Shown here one piece after another: positions 44,958 through 53,155 of a stretch of DNA of 53,155 nucleotides (position 1 is the first letter of the stretch; every line of letters begins with the position of its first letter). The stretch is taken from NCBI GenBank assembly GCA_009778355.1, contig WRJY01000338.1, positions 1 through 53,155 on the forward strand, in the 5' to 3' direction. The translations under genes were made by a program, and so were the position numbers. Source of the DNA: Desulfovibrionaceae bacterium. GTDB lineage: Bacteria > Pseudomonadota > Gammaproteobacteria > Burkholderiales > Burkholderiaceae_C. Under the pieces are notes generated by a model. That model was not told where the DNA came from, searched no databases, and saw only the letters and a list, made by a program, of their open reading frames with translations.

Positions 44958-45962
44958 TCAAGCCTGCCGCAGCCAGAGCTTTTGCAGCAGCGCCATGTCC
45001 GGCGCGCCGGCGCGCCAGGTGCGGCCACTGCTCAGGCAACTGACCCACACTTCAGCCGGCGCGAACAGCGCGCCGTCGATCTTGTAGAAGTCGTAATCGG
45101 CCTGTTTGAACAGCTCGGCGAACGAGCGTCCGTGGTCAGGCGAATTGCCCGAAGGCAACGAACGCGCCAGCGAACGGGCCGCGTCGTCGTCGCCGCGCAC
45201 CATCAAATGCACGCGAGAGCCATACAAAATGGCATCGTTGGTGCGGCCCATGGCCTCGACGGCATCGGCGCCTGGCGAGGGCAGCGGCGCCATGGCAACG
45301 CCATCGGCGATGTCGGCCAGGGGAAAGCCCAGCTCATGCGCCTTGTGCAGCGCCACTTCGAGCACGCGCGCCACCACTTGCGCCGTTCCCGCCAGGCTGG
45401 CGGTGGGGGTGAGAATCAGGGTCAGCCCTGACGCCTGCAGGCCGCAATCGCGCAGGATTTTGTCCACCACGATCTTCGGCGGCGCCCGATCGACTTCGAG
45501 CACCAGCACGCCCGTGGACGCGCGGTCGCGGTAGCCCAGTTCGGCAAACAGTTTTTCCCTGGCCGCGAGCGCGCGCGCCGGCCCCGAACCGAGCGAAAAG
45601 AATTTCTGGCCCCCGGTCTCCTGCCTGCTTGCCGAAAGACTCCAGCCGGCGTACTGGCTGCCCAGGCACGCCAGAACCGGCTGCGAACTGCACACGTCCA
45701 GCCAGCTCGGCCAGCCTTCGCCGCTGGCGCCGCTGCGCAATTGCACGCGGCCCAGTCCGCCCATGCAGATTTCGCTCACGCGCAAACCGGCAGCCACGCT
45801 GCCGCGCGCCTGAATGCCGGCGTCGATGATGCAAACGCCGCTGCCGTCGCGCGACACGTCCAGGCCCAAAATCCCGGCATCGGCCAGCAGCGCCTGCACC
45901 AGCGGATGGGCCAGTTGGTTGACGCTTGGCAGCACTGCCAGCGTCGAAAGGGGGTTGTTCAT
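44958..45962 (-). CDS. mch: Methenyl-H4MPT cyclohydrolase
   Basis: ATG 45962; ICMGGLG, ACLGSQYAGW, GSGPARA, PT.SLAG..QVVARVLEVA.HK, MGRTNDAILYG and FYKID..LFAPA. Confidence 0.95.
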   Translation of the reverse strand: MNNPLSTLAVLPSVNQLAHPLVQALLADAGILGLDVSRDGSGVCIIDAGIQARGSVAAGLRVSEICMGGLGRVQLRSGASGEGWPSWLDVCSSQPVLACLGSQYAGWSLSASRQETGGQKFFSLGSGPARALAAREKLFAELGYRDRASTGVLVLEVDRAPPKIVVDKILRDCGLQASGLTLILTPTASLAGTAQVVARVLEVALHKAHELGFPLADIADGVAMAPLPSPGADAVEAMGRTNDAILYGSRVHLMVRGDDDAARSLARSLPSGNSPDHGRSFAELFKQADYDFYKIDGALFAPAEVWVSCLSSGRTWRAGAPDMALLQKLWLRQA

Positions 45963-47128
45963 TGCAAGGTCTCCATGAATCGAAGCAGCCGCTCGCGGCC
46001 CTGGTTCAAGCGCTGGCGTACCTGCGCCGCGCTGATGCCGCTGGCGCTGACCGTGCACACGGGGTCGTGCGCCCTGAACCGCTGGCCAGCCGCGGGCAGA
46101 TCGTGAACGTCCGCCTGCGCGGCCAGATCATGCGCCGCCGCCGCATCCAGCGTGAAAGCGCGGCGCGCGAATACGATTTCGGTTCCGCGCACCGCGCTTG
46201 CGCGCGGTTCGCTTGCCGGCCTCGTGGGCAACTGGCCATGCACGCAGGCGCGCACGTGCGCCTGCATCAAGCCAGGCTCGCCGTACAGGCTCATGCTGGC
46301 GGGCGGCCTCGGGTTGACTTCCAGCACCTGAACATTCTCCGCGTCGCGCAGGACATCGAGGCTGCACAGGCCACGCAGCGCGAACTCGCGCGTCAGCAGG
46401 CGCGCGGCGGCCGTCATCCGGCGCGCCACTTCCGCGCTCACGGGCACCGGGCCGATCGCGCCGTGGAACACGAAAGGGCGGCTGCCGCACCGGCGCACGT
46501 TCAGCTCGTTGAAGCCAAGCACATGAACGTCGCTGCCATTGGCCAGGAAGGTGGCCGACATGGGCTGCCCCGGCGCTTCGCGCTGGAAATAGCAGTGCCT
46601 GGGCAGCGGCGCATCGACCGCGCGCGAGGCGCGGCGTATGTGCCAGCCGCCGCAGCCGTGCGCGTCCTTGAGCAGCCAGCCAGAAGGCTCTTCGGGCGGT
46701 TGCCGCCGCACCCGCGGATGCGCCACGCCTTGCGCCGCGAGAAAGCCGAAAAACGTGGACGGATCCCTCAGGCGGCGCACCGCCCCGGCCTGCACCCCGA
46801 TCAGCGGCAGCATGGCCACCCCTTGTTCGAGCAACTCGGGCCTGCCGTCGAACCCGCTGCCAGCGACCCACCCCGCAAGCGGTTCCGAACCCGCGCTGGG
46901 GTGCGCCAGTTGGCGCAGCGCGGCCAACAGGCGGCCGGCATCGATGCGCAACCCGCCAGGCTCGCCGATGGCAAGCCACCGTGAAGCCGCTTGCAGCGTG
47001 TCGGCGTCGCCAAACAGATCGAGCGCGACCACCTCGAAGCCATCGCACGCGGCCGCCTCGGCCATTGCGCGCGCGCTGATGGCGGCCACGGCAATCGCCG
47101 GCATCGCCGGATTTCGATCTGGACTCAA
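45959..47128 (-). CDS. ATP-grasp protein (OrfY/MyfB-like), H4MPT/methylofuran pathway
   Basis: SARAMA..A, LDLFGD.D, GSGF, WLLK...G.GG..I, YFQ....G.P.S, LRGL.SLD and LEVNPR. Start is TTG 47128 (coupled to the mtdB stop) or ATG 47104. Confidence 0.85.
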   Translation of the reverse strand: MSPDRNPAMPAIAVAAISARAMAEAAACDGFEVVALDLFGDADTLQAASRWLAIGEPGGLRIDAGRLLAALRQLAHPSAGSEPLAGWVAGSGFDGRPELLEQGVAMLPLIGVQAGAVRRLRDPSTFFGFLAAQGVAHPRVRRQPPEEPSGWLLKDAHGCGGWHIRRASRAVDAPLPRHCYFQREAPGQPMSATFLANGSDVHVLGFNELNVRRCGSRPFVFHGAIGPVPVSAEVARRMTAAARLLTREFALRGLCSLDVLRDAENVQVLEVNPRPPASMSLYGEPGLMQAHVRACVHGQLPTRPASEPRASAVRGTEIVFARRAFTLDAAAAHDLAAQADVHDLPAAGQRFRAHDPVCTVSASGISAAQVRQRLNQGRERLLRFMETLQ

Positions 47129-48042
47129 GCCGTCTTGCCGGCCTGCCCGGCCAGGAAAGCGCGCGCCACGGCAAATGCCTCGGCAAAACCAAGCACTTGA
47201 GCTTTCTCGGCTGTGCGCATCTGCACCAGCAGGCGATGCTGCGTCTGGTACTTGACATTGCCGATGGCCAGCGCGCCAATGCCGACCGCTGGCGTGCCCA
47301 CCAAGGGCGCGGCGTCGTCCATCGCCCCGACGCCGGCGATCCCCTGCGGCGGCACGGCGTTCACGTCGGCGGCCACTTTCAGGCGCGTGGCCGCGCCGAG
47401 CGCCTCTTTCGACACCGCCTGCACGCCTGCCGCCGCGCAGGCGAGCAAGACATCGGCGTCCGCGACCGACCGGCGCACGGCATCGGGATCGCCGGCGGAC
47501 AGGCCGTGCAGGCTGACGCCAAAACGCTGCCCGGATCGATCCGCGGCCTCCTGCGCCGCATCGATGCCGTTGCGGCTGGACAGGTAAACCCTGGCCCCGG
47601 CTTGCGCGGCAATCACGCCCGCAATGCGGCCCACCGGCCCCGTGCCGCCCATGACCACCACGCGCTGCCCGTCAAGGTCTTGCCCATGACGGCGCCGCAA
47701 CGCGGCTTCGACGCAAGCCACCATGGCCGCCGCCGTGGTGTAGGCGCCGCTTGGATCGGCCATCAGCGACACGACGAAGGGCTTGACCATGGCGCTTTGG
47801 GCACGCTCCAGCATGTCGGCGGCCAGTTGCGCGTCGCGCCCGCCGATGAAGATGCCGGTGCGCGCCACGCCCTTCGGCCCACGCGAGAAGATGGCGTCCT
47901 GCGTCAGCGCGGCGACGTGCTCCAGCCCCACCTCGCAACAGGGCGCGATGATCTGGTAGCCCGCGTCGGCGGCCATGTTGATGTCAAACGGACTCGTCTG
48001 GCGGCCCGGCGTGAACATGTGGAGAATGTAAGGACGTTCCAT
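47125..48042 (-). CDS. mtdB: NAD(P)-dependent methylene-H4MPT dehydrogenase
   Basis: ILHM.TP....SPFD.NMA.DAG, QDAIFSRGP, FIGGRD, DPSGA.TTAAA, GGTGPVG, DVNAVPP.G and GIGALAIGNVKY. Confidence 0.93.
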   Translation of the reverse strand: MERPYILHMFTPGRQTSPFDINMAADAGYQIIAPCCEVGLEHVAALTQDAIFSRGPKGVARTGIFIGGRDAQLAADMLERAQSAMVKPFVVSLMADPSGAYTTAAAMVACVEAALRRRHGQDLDGQRVVVMGGTGPVGRIAGVIAAQAGARVYLSSRNGIDAAQEAADRSGQRFGVSLHGLSAGDPDAVRRSVADADVLLACAAAGVQAVSKEALGAATRLKVAADVNAVPPQGIAGVGAMDDAAPLVGTPAVGIGALAIGNVKYQTQHRLLVQMRTAEKAQVLGFAEAFAVARAFLAGQAGKTA

Positions 48043-48077
48043 GAAAATCGGCCTGTTTTATGTGAAAGCGCGGTGAT

Positions 48078-49097
48078 TCAGGGCAGCCCGCCGGCGCGCA
48101 CGGCAGCGCCGTGGTTGCAGGCGCGCACGATGCGCAGGCTCACGGCGTCATCGGTCTGCCCGGCCGCCGCGACCAGCGCCTCGGCCTGCGCCTGCGACGC
48201 AACGATCACGAAACCAGTGGGCCCCCACGAGCTTTGACCGAGCGCAGCGCCGCCATCGCTCGAATCGGCGATCCACCGCATCAGCCGTGCAACCGCGGCG
48301 CTCGTGAAAACGCCGCCCTGTGCCGGCGCAAAGTGCTCGCCAAGCAGTTGCTGCACCCGGTGAATGCCCGCCGCGAAAGGAGCGAACTGCGCGCTCGCCG
48401 CGCCCGGCAGCACGCGCATCAACACCTGGTGACAGATTTCGGCGGCGCTGGCGCGCGGAAATGGCGGCAGCGCCGCAATGGCTTGTTTTTCAGCGCGCCC
48501 CGAAAGTCCCCGCCGCGATGTGTCCTGCACGACAACGATGCGCCAGGCCGGCGGAAATGGCAAGCGCGACAGCAGCGGCCCAGGCCATCCGTCCTCCCCT
48601 GGGCCGCCGTCGAGCAGCAGGCCGCCGTGATCGAAGCCCGCGACCCCAACGCCCGAACGCAGGCCGCGGCCAAGCCAGTGCGCCAATGTCGGGGTGTCCA
48701 CATCCAGACCGTGCCAGTGCGCAAAGGCGCGTCCGATGGCCAACGCCAACTGCGTGCCGGAGCCAAAACCAGCGTGCGGTGGCAACACCTGCCGCAGCCG
48801 CAAGGAAAGCGGCGCCAGGCGGCCCGTGCGCAGCCGCAGTGCCTGGACAATGGCGCGGGCGCGCTCCAACTCCACTTGGGCCTCGGGCGCCTCCGCCGTC
48901 ACTTCGTCAAAGGCCGCCGCCGCCAATACGACCTCGGTCGCGAACCCATCGATCACCAGCCCAAGGCTGCCAAATGAACGTCCCAGCGAACCGCCGGGAT
49001 CAAGAAACCCCAGGTGCAAACGCCCCGGCGCCCGCACGCTGACCGTGCGCTCGCACAAACTGGATTGCGAAGAAGGAGCAGCGTCAAAGACAAGCAT
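48078..49097 (-). CDS. mptG: Beta-ribofuranosylaminobenzene 5'-phosphate synthase (GHMP family)
   Basis: APGRLHLGF.D..G..GR.FGSLG, P.H.G.GSGTQL.LA, RG.RSG.G, GG...DGG and GQSSWGPT.F. Confidence 0.93.
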   Translation of the reverse strand: MLVFDAAPSSQSSLCERTVSVRAPGRLHLGFLDPGGSLGRSFGSLGLVIDGFATEVVLAAAAFDEVTAEAPEAQVELERARAIVQALRLRTGRLAPLSLRLRQVLPPHAGFGSGTQLALAIGRAFAHWHGLDVDTPTLAHWLGRGLRSGVGVAGFDHGGLLLDGGPGEDGWPGPLLSRLPFPPAWRIVVVQDTSRRGLSGRAEKQAIAALPPFPRASAAEICHQVLMRVLPGAASAQFAPFAAGIHRVQQLLGEHFAPAQGGVFTSAAVARLMRWIADSSDGGAALGQSSWGPTGFVIVASQAQAEALVAAAGQTDDAVSLRIVRACNHGAAVRAGGLP

Positions 49098-49141
49098 GAG
49101 CGGTATCGAGCAACCTCTTGAGGATCGGATTCATTCCTACA

Positions 49142-49157
49142 AGCAAGGGCCGTTCCC
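49142..49157 (-). promoter_or_regulatory. Candidate sigma54 -24/-12 promoter for the mptG-mtdB-orfY-mch-orf5-orf7-fae operon
   Basis: The - strand reads GGGAACGGCCCTTGCT (GG-N10-GC, with GGAACG instead of GGCACG), about 45 nt before the mptG ATG. Confidence 0.5.
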
Positions 49158-49355
49158 GCCGCGCGGCGCGAGGGAAAACGTTCCCTTGGCCCATGCCAAA
49201 AACAGTGGATGCGCCAAAACTGAAACACAATGTCACGCCCCGCCTGCCTTCCCACACCCGGTCGCCCTCATGCAGTTGCGCTTGGCTTCGTTCGCTGTGA
49301 CCAGCTTGCGGGAGGACTTGCACCCGCAGGAGTGCGCCCATGCTGGGCGCACCCC

Positions 49356-49394
49356 AAAAAAACGGGCGGGGCGGCTTGGCGCCGCTCCCGCCCG
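49356..49394 (-). terminator. Rho-independent terminator of the adhesin gene
   Basis: The + strand reads aaaaaaa-cgggcggggcggc-ttggc-gccgctcccgcccg: a GC stem followed by T7 on the - strand, 20 nt after the stop. Confidence 0.8.
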
Positions 49395-49414
49395 GTTCCA
49401 TTTCAGGCCGCCGT

Positions 49415-52400
49415 TCAGACCACGATCTGGTGGTTGGCCAGCAGGGTGGCCAGGTCAACGTCTACGCCGTTCAGGGTGACCAGCGCGGTACTGCCAAAGC
49501 TCCCGCCAATGCCATCGCGGTCGATGTTGATCGTGGTGTTGCCGCCGTTGCGCGTCACGCTCAGGTACTGCCCGATGTTGTCGCCGGTGTCGATGGTCGG
49601 CGTGCCGTTGATGTAGTGGGCTGGCCCATCCGCATCGGCCACGTAGCCAATCAGCAACGCCGACAAATCGATCCGGTCGGCCTTCGGCGTGGCTTCGTAG
49701 GTGCCCACCGTGAAGCCGTTGATCTGATCCACGCCATTGCCTCCGGTGGGATCGAGCGGATCGATCAGTTCGTACAGCACCGTGTTGTGGCCGCCGTGGA
49801 TAAGGTTGTACGTGTCGTTGCCGCCGCGGCCATTGAAGATGTTGTTGCCCCCCAGCGAGTCGGTGAAAGTGTCGTTGCCGCTGGTGCCGGCAATGCCTTC
49901 GATGTTCGAGAAGGTCGCCCAGTCAAAGCCGGTGTACTGCTCGCCGGTGATGCTCAGATCGACATGGATGGCCGTATTGCCGGCCAGCTTGTAGTCCACG
50001 ATGTCCATGCCGCCGGTGTCGCTCCAGGCCGTAACGCCCGATACCGTCACCGTGCCGCCGCCGCCTTCGTACTTGTTGTGCGAGCCAAGGCCCGTGGCAT
50101 AGAAGGTGTCGTTGTAGCCGGTGCCGACCACGCCGGTGACAACGTCCGCCGCGCTGCCGTCGGCGAGCGTGTAGGTGGCGTGGTTGACGGTGTTGTTGAC
50201 CGCATCGCCAGCTTCCGCCGTCAGCACGTAGCAGTGGTTGGCCGCGCCGGCTTTCAGGTCGGTCCAGGCCGCATTGACGTTCTCGATGACGTTGCCGCCG
50301 AGGTTGGGCAGCCCGCCCACGTCCTGCGACTGGCCGCCGATGGCCCTGAGCAGCACCAGGCTGTACGACTCGCTGGCACTCAGGCCGTAAAAGTCCACCA
50401 GCGCCGAGCTGTCGTTGGTCTGGTTGCCAGACTGTGGGTTGATGATCTGCGTCGATACCAGGTTGCCGTGCGAATCGAAGAGCTGCACGGTGTTGCCGAA
50501 GAAGCAGTTGATGCCGTTCTGGTCGAGAATCTTCACGTGGATCGACGTGCCGTCGGCCACCACGTTCGGATTCTGTATATAGACCGTGCCCAGCGAGCCG
50601 GTGAACAGCAGCAAGTCCTTGGCGCCGTCCCAGTTGAGATCGATCGCCAGCAGGCCGGTGACCGCAGCGCCGGGACCGGTGAGCTGGGAGCCGTTATCGG
50701 AGTGGTGCAAGGTCTTCAGGGTCGTTTGCGTGAAGCTCACCGCGCCGGTGGCCATGTTGGTGGTGTTGGTGAACAGCAGCGCCTGCTGCGTGCTGGAAGC
50801 CGATACGCTGTTGCCGGCGTAATACGGCGTTTCGATGATGTCCATCTTGCCGTCGCAGTTCCAGTCCACGGCCACCGAACCGCCGCCCTTCATCTGGTCG
50901 TTGAAGTAGTAGGTGTTGGCGCCAGGGCCGCTACCGATGCCGGAGGTGGCGTTGACGCTGGCCGTCGAGAGCTTGCCCGTGCCGTCGTTGAAGTAGATCC
51001 GGGCGTTGTTGCCGCCGTTGGACGTGGACTCGGGGCCCAGGCCCTGGAACAAGTCCATGTAGCCGTCGCCGTTGAAGTCGGCCCAGGTCAGCGACTGGCC
51101 ATCGAAGGTGTTGCTGGTGCCATCGTACAGCATGTTGTTGATGATCTGCACGATCTTCAGCGCGCCGGTACCGTCGTTGCTGGCCACCATCAGGCGGGCG
51201 TTGTTGGTGGTCGTATAAGCGCCGCTGTTGGGTTTGGCGCTGAGGTAGTTGGAACCCGCGTTGCCGCCCCAGACGACATCGACCATGCCGTCGTTGTTCA
51301 AGTCGACCGTCGAAACCGTCTTCTCCGGCGTGGCTTGGCCAGTCTGCTGGACAAGGGTCTGGTACGAATAAGAGCTGTAAACCAGCGACGGGTCTTTTTG
51401 GAAAATCCCGCCGTTGTTGACGACGAACGAGGTATCGTACCCGCCGCCGGCCTCTTCGTCGTTGGGCGTGTTGTCGCCGTAGACGAGGTCCACGTAGCCG
51501 TTGCCAGTTTTGTCGTAAGCCGCCACGCCGCCGTACCACGCCCAGCAGTTGGCGCTGTAGATATCGTAGTTGGAATTGGAAGCGGTGACGCCCGGCGTGG
51601 TGTTGCCGTTGGCGTCGGTGCCGCTGTAATCGACGCGAACCGGAGCGATGCCCTGCAGGGGCGAGCCGATCTGGAAGGCGATGTAATCGTTGTTCGTGAC
51701 GCTCGTGCCGGCGCCATAGAACAGCGCGTTGGTGTTGGTGCCGGAGGTGCCAGTCCATTGCTGTACCGCGCCTGGATGGTAGAGGTAGGCTTGCTGGCCG
51801 TCCTGGTAGTAAGAGTCATCGCCCACCAGGTCCATCAGGCCGTCGCGGTTGAAGTCGATGAAGGTGGCCGAACCGAACACGCCCCGGTTGCCGGTCAGTG
51901 TATTGGTTTTGAAACTCAGAACACTGGTGGAATCGGTGCCGTTCGCGTCCAGAACGGTCTGGTTGGCGAAGAGGCGCCACTGCCCGTTTTCACCGATGGT
52001 CATGGCCGTGGCCTTGTTGTCCGGATCGCTGGACGGCTGGATGTTAATAATCGTTGCCGGTTGACTGATAAAAAGTTCGTTGCGGGTATCGTCCTTGGCG
52101 ATGATGTTGCCGCCGCTGTCTTTCAATACGGCAACAACGTCATAGGTTCGCGGGTCCAGCGCATCCGCGTCCGGTATCTGCACATACCAGGTGTTGTTGC
52201 GCGGATCGACCACCACCATGCCGTCTTGCGAGGTGTAGGTGTGGCCGCCAACGCTGACCTCCACGTATTCGCCGGGCATGATGGCAAAACCCGTCGCGCC
52301 CGTGATGATCGGCGTGGTATCCGTCGTGTTCTGACTGTTGACGGTAACGACCAGGTGAACGCTGAAGGTGAAGCCGTTGGAGTCGCCGCCCGCGTTACCC

Positions 52401-53155
52401 GCGGTGTCAACCACGTGCGCCGTGTAGGTATAGGTTGTATCGCTGTGGAGGTTGGGCAGTTGCAGCGACCAACTGAGGGGGCCGGTCGGTTCGGCGTAAC
52501 CGATGAAGGTCGATCCTTCGAAAACCGCCACCCGCTCGCCATCGGCCAGCTCGGTATTCAGCGTGCCATTGAGCACCGGCTGCCGGTCGTCGGTGGTGGT
52601 GCCTGGGCCGAACTGGCCTTGCTCCGCGCCGACGTCGTCCGTGTAGGTGGTGATGGTCGGCACGGCCAGCGGCGTAGCGGTGTCGATGATCACGATCTGA
52701 TCGGTCACCGGGCCGGACAGCTCGACAATGTTGACCACCCGCGCATGGAACGTGTAGGCGCCATCGTCCAGCGGGACAGTGGCGTCGTACTGGTAAACGC
52801 CGCTGCCGGGGCTGGTTTCGGTGGCGTCGTGCCAGACGCCATCGCCCAGCGATATCTGTACCTTATCGCCGGCGCCCAGCGTGCCGGTGGTCAGTTCCGC
52901 GCTCACAACCAGCGTGTTGTCGCTGGTGATGAAGTCAGTGGCGCTTTCGCCTGTGTCTTCGGTGATGGCGGTGATCGTTGCCACCGCCGTCGGCCCGTCG
53001 GTGATGATCTGAATCAACTGGTTGGCCGGGGTGCCATCGTTACCGGCCACGTCCACGATCTTCATATGGATCGTCGCGGTGCTGGTCAACATGGCGTCGT
53101 CGTAACTCACGCTGACGCCGTCCACGCCGATTGCGCTGCTGATGTCGGTCCAGAT
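49415..53155 (-). CDS. Large T1SS-secreted adhesin (Ig-like repeats, FG-GAP/VCBS propeller, RTX-like nonapeptides, VCA0849-like C-terminus), 5'-truncated
   Basis: Frame is open to the window end. Ig-like repeats (DTG....DFITSD.T, YT...VVD.AGN); six DxNxDG-type motifs; GxGND-like repeats; C-terminal DRIDLSALL..YL.V..T.I.IDRDG..L.TL.GV. Confidence 0.88.
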   Translation of the reverse strand: MWTDISSAIGVDGVSVSYDDAMLTSTATIHMKIVDVAGNDGTPANQLIQIITDGPTAVATITAITEDTGESATDFITSDNTLVVSAELTTGTLGAGDKVQISLGDGVWHDATETSPGSGVYQYDATVPLDDGAYTFHARVVNIVELSGPVTDQIVIIDTATPLAVPTITTYTDDVGAEQGQFGPGTTTDDRQPVLNGTLNTELADGERVAVFEGSTFIGYAEPTGPLSWSLQLPNLHSDTTYTYTAHVVDTAGNAGGDSNGFTFSVHLVVTVNSQNTTDTTPIITGATGFAIMPGEYVEVSVGGHTYTSQDGMVVVDPRNNTWYVQIPDADALDPRTYDVVAVLKDSGGNIIAKDDTRNELFISQPATIINIQPSSDPDNKATAMTIGENGQWRLFANQTVLDANGTDSTSVLSFKTNTLTGNRGVFGSATFIDFNRDGLMDLVGDDSYYQDGQQAYLYHPGAVQQWTGTSGTNTNALFYGAGTSVTNNDYIAFQIGSPLQGIAPVRVDYSGTDANGNTTPGVTASNSNYDIYSANCWAWYGGVAAYDKTGNGYVDLVYGDNTPNDEEAGGGYDTSFVVNNGGIFQKDPSLVYSSYSYQTLVQQTGQATPEKTVSTVDLNNDGMVDVVWGGNAGSNYLSAKPNSGAYTTTNNARLMVASNDGTGALKIVQIINNMLYDGTSNTFDGQSLTWADFNGDGYMDLFQGLGPESTSNGGNNARIYFNDGTGKLSTASVNATSGIGSGPGANTYYFNDQMKGGGSVAVDWNCDGKMDIIETPYYAGNSVSASSTQQALLFTNTTNMATGAVSFTQTTLKTLHHSDNGSQLTGPGAAVTGLLAIDLNWDGAKDLLLFTGSLGTVYIQNPNVVADGTSIHVKILDQNGINCFFGNTVQLFDSHGNLVSTQIINPQSGNQTNDSSALVDFYGLSASESYSLVLLRAIGGQSQDVGGLPNLGGNVIENVNAAWTDLKAGAANHCYVLTAEAGDAVNNTVNHATYTLADGSAADVVTGVVGTGYNDTFYATGLGSHNKYEGGGGTVTVSGVTAWSDTGGMDIVDYKLAGNTAIHVDLSITGEQYTGFDWATFSNIEGIAGTSGNDTFTDSLGGNNIFNGRGGNDTYNLIHGGHNTVLYELIDPLDPTGGNGVDQINGFTVGTYEATPKADRIDLSALLIGYVADADGPAHYINGTPTIDTGDNIGQYLSVTRNGGNTTINIDRDGIGGSFGSTALVTLNGVDVDLATLLANHQIVV

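Overview
High-GC betaproteobacterial (Burkholderiales/Comamonadaceae-like, inferred from gene content and style) methanol/C1-oxidation island covering about 1-49100. It contains: H4MPT/methylofuran biosynthesis and C1-transfer genes (orf9, orf21, orf22/mfnB, orf19, orf20, afpA/dmrB-like, folB, mptG, mtdB, orfY, mch, orf5, orf7, fae); a GAF-type sigma54 activator; a lanthanide-type methanol dehydrogenase operon xoxF-xoxG-xoxJ-hyp-hyp-mxaRSACKL with no mxaF/mxaI; a divergent PedA1A2BC/Lut-like ABC operon extended by a Bug protein and a TonB receptor; a convergent aldehyde dehydrogenase-DUF779-PqqU/YncD-like receptor unit; and an NAD-linked formate dehydrogenase fdsGB-(OFA-family MFS)-fdsA-fdhD-fdsD. 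An AT-richer insert (membrane patatin-like lipase plus Bug protein) and murI interrupt the cofactor genes. The 3' part of a giant T1SS adhesin gene closes the window. Beyond the gene list, the sequence shows four candidate -24/-12 sigma54 promoters with a shared candidate activator site, and related palindromic MITE-like elements translated in frame inside two operon genes. No fhc, pqq-biosynthesis, C1-assimilation, rRNA, tRNA or CRISPR features were seen. All calls come from motif recognition by eye; no database search was run.
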